From: Dipteris shenzhenensis | Taxonomy: Eukaryota | Direction: 5' to 3' (one strand) | Length of the DNA: 64,000 nt | NCBI GenBank assembly: GCA_047967505.1 | Contig: CM106538.1 | In this document: in pieces, positions 62,260-64,000 of the stretch | How positions within the stretch are numbered: the stretch's first letter is position 1 | How the letters are laid out: every line of letters starts with the position of its first letter | Program-made: the position numbers and the translations under genes | Notes under the pieces: model-generated | Databases searched by the model: none | What the model was told of the DNA's origin: nothing | What the model saw: the letters and a program-made list of their open reading frames with translations, nothing else

Positions 62260-64000
62260 GAAGGAAATATTTTTAGAGAGAGAATATAAGAGAGAGTCTT
62301 GCTGCCTCGGCAGCAAAAGAGAGAGAGAAAGAGAGAGGGAGAGAGAGGAGAGAAGGGGGGGGAAAGAGAGGGGAGAGAAAGGGAGGGGGGAGAGAAGGGG
62401 GAGGGGGGGAAGAGAGGGAAGAGAGGGGGGAAGCCGTGACGGGGGGGAGAGAGAGAGGGGAGGGGGAGGCAGCTGCCGCGGCAGTGAAGAGAGGGGGGGG
62501 GGAGGGGAGGGGAGGGGAGAGAGAGGGGAGGGGAGAGGGAGGGGAGGGCAGGGGAGAGAGAGAGGGGCAGCGAGAGAGGAGGGGGGGGAGAGAGAAGGGG
62601 AGGGGCCGCGGCAGCGAGAGAGAGGGGGAGGGAGAGAGAGAGAGGGGGGGGCAGCTGCGACGGCAGCGAGAGAGGAGGGGGGGGAGAGAGAGAGAAGGGG
62701 GGGGCCGCTGCCGCGGCAACGAGAGAGGAGACGTTGGGGAGAGAGAGAAGGGGGAGGCGTGGCAGCGCGAGAGAGGGGGGAGAGAGAGAGAGGGGGGGAG
62801 GCTGCGACACGCTATCGCGGCAGCAGAGAGAGGGAGGGAGAGGGAGGAGGGGGAGGGGGGAGAGAGAGGAGGGGGGGCTGCCGCGGCAGCGAGAGAGGAA
62901 CGAGGGGGGGAGAGAGAGAGGGGGGGCGCGAGAGAGAGGGGAGGGAGAGACAGAGAGGGGAGGGCCGCTGTCGCGGCAGCGAGAGAGGAGGGGGGGAGAG
63001 AGAGAAGGGGGGGCAGTGAGAGAGAGGGGAGGGAGAGAGAGAGAGGGGGGGCTGCTGCCGCTGCCGCGGCAGCGAGAGAGGGACGGGGGGAGAGAGAGCA
63101 GGGGGGGCAGCGAGAGAGAGGGGGGAGAGGGAGGGGAGGGGAGGGGAGAGAGAGAGGGGGGAGCCGCTGCCGCGGCAACGAGAGAGGGGGAGGGGGGGGA
63201 GAGGGAAGGGGGGGGGCGAGGGCAGCGAGAGAGAGAGGGAGGGAGAGAGAGAGAGGGGGTGGGCCAGTGCCACTGCCGCGGCAGCGAGAGAGGGAGGGGG
63301 GGAGAGAGAGAAGGGGGGGCAGCGAGAGAGAGGGAGGGAGAGAGAGAGAGGGGGGAGAGGGAGGGGAGAGGAGGGGAGAGAGAGAGGGGGGAGCCGCTGC
63401 CGCGGCAGCAAGAGAGGGGGAGGGGGGGAGAGGGAAGGGGGGGGGAGAGAGAGAGGAGGGGGGGGAGAGAGATAAGGGGGGGCAGCGAGAGAGAGGGGGG
63501 GGAGGGGAGGGGAGAGAGAGAGGGGGGGGCCGCTGCCACGGCAGCGAGAGAGGAGGGGGGGAGAGAGAGAAGGGGGGGATGCGAGAGCGAGAGAGGGGGG
63601 GAGGGAGAAAGAGAGAGGAGGGGGGGCCGCGGGCCGCTGCCGTGGCAGCGAGAGAGGAGGGGGGAACAGAGATAAGGGGGGGCAGCGAGAGAGAGGGGGG
63701 GGAGAGAGAGAGAGGGGGGAGAGGGAGGGGAGGGGAGGGGAGAGAGAGAGGGGGGGCCGCTGCCGCGGCAGCGAGAGAGGAGCGGGGGGATGCGAGAGCG
63801 AGAGAGAGGGGGAGGGAGAGAGAGAGAGGAGGGCGGGGCCGCTACCGCGGCAGCGAAAGAGGGGGGGGCAGCGAGAGAGGAGGGGGGGAGAGAGAGACAG
63901 GGAGGGGAGGCCGTTGCCACGGCAGCAGAGAGAGGGGGGGAGGAGAGGGAGGGGGGGAGAGGGAGGGGAGGGGAGGGGAGAGGAGAGAGAGAGGGGGGGC
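62260..64000. repeat. GA-rich low-complexity array with GCCGCGGCAGCG islands
   Basis: Positional and compositional counterpart (inverted) of 26100-27510. Confidence 0.9.

Overview
This is eukaryotic, land-plant-type repetitive DNA: Arabidopsis-type telomere repeats, spliceosomal introns and plant TE families. A non-seed plant such as a fern is my inference only. I see no intact host gene; the window is a stack of transposable elements. (1) 1-2546: degraded LTR/Gypsy-like relics and short tandem repeats. (2) 2547-22454: three rearranged copies (A+, B-, C+) of one CACTA/EnSpm family. Its TnpA-like and TnpD genes are divergent, with palindromic GTCGCTATATAGCGAC repeats, self-complementary hexamer arrays and a 54-bp TIR pair (2547-2600 / 15588-15641). 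(3) ~22455-33187 and ~33188-64000: two opposite copies of an unusual large DNA element. It encodes a DDE-type transposase (DGMDQ / QADN..ENKN / GHTHEDIDQ, recalled as DUF7869/Sola1-like) with an N-terminal Tnp1/EnSpm-like domain. Copy 1 has a divergent ParB/Srx-like (IDGQH) gene, and both copies share an outward-facing TATA, 5'UTR exon and donor. Copy 2 carries a 1.1-kb telomeric array. (4) Copy 2's transposase is split by two insertions: a gag-only LTR element (34297-41071, 2120-bp LTRs, 4-bp TSD ACGT) and a Copia element (41217-56127, 257-bp LTRs, TSD AACGA). (5) The Copia is itself interrupted by an EnSpm-like element with non-canonical CACAA termini (45675-53299, TSD CAC). The best candidate for an undescribed system is the two-gene transposase + ParB-like element. 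Family names come from recalled motifs; no searches were run.
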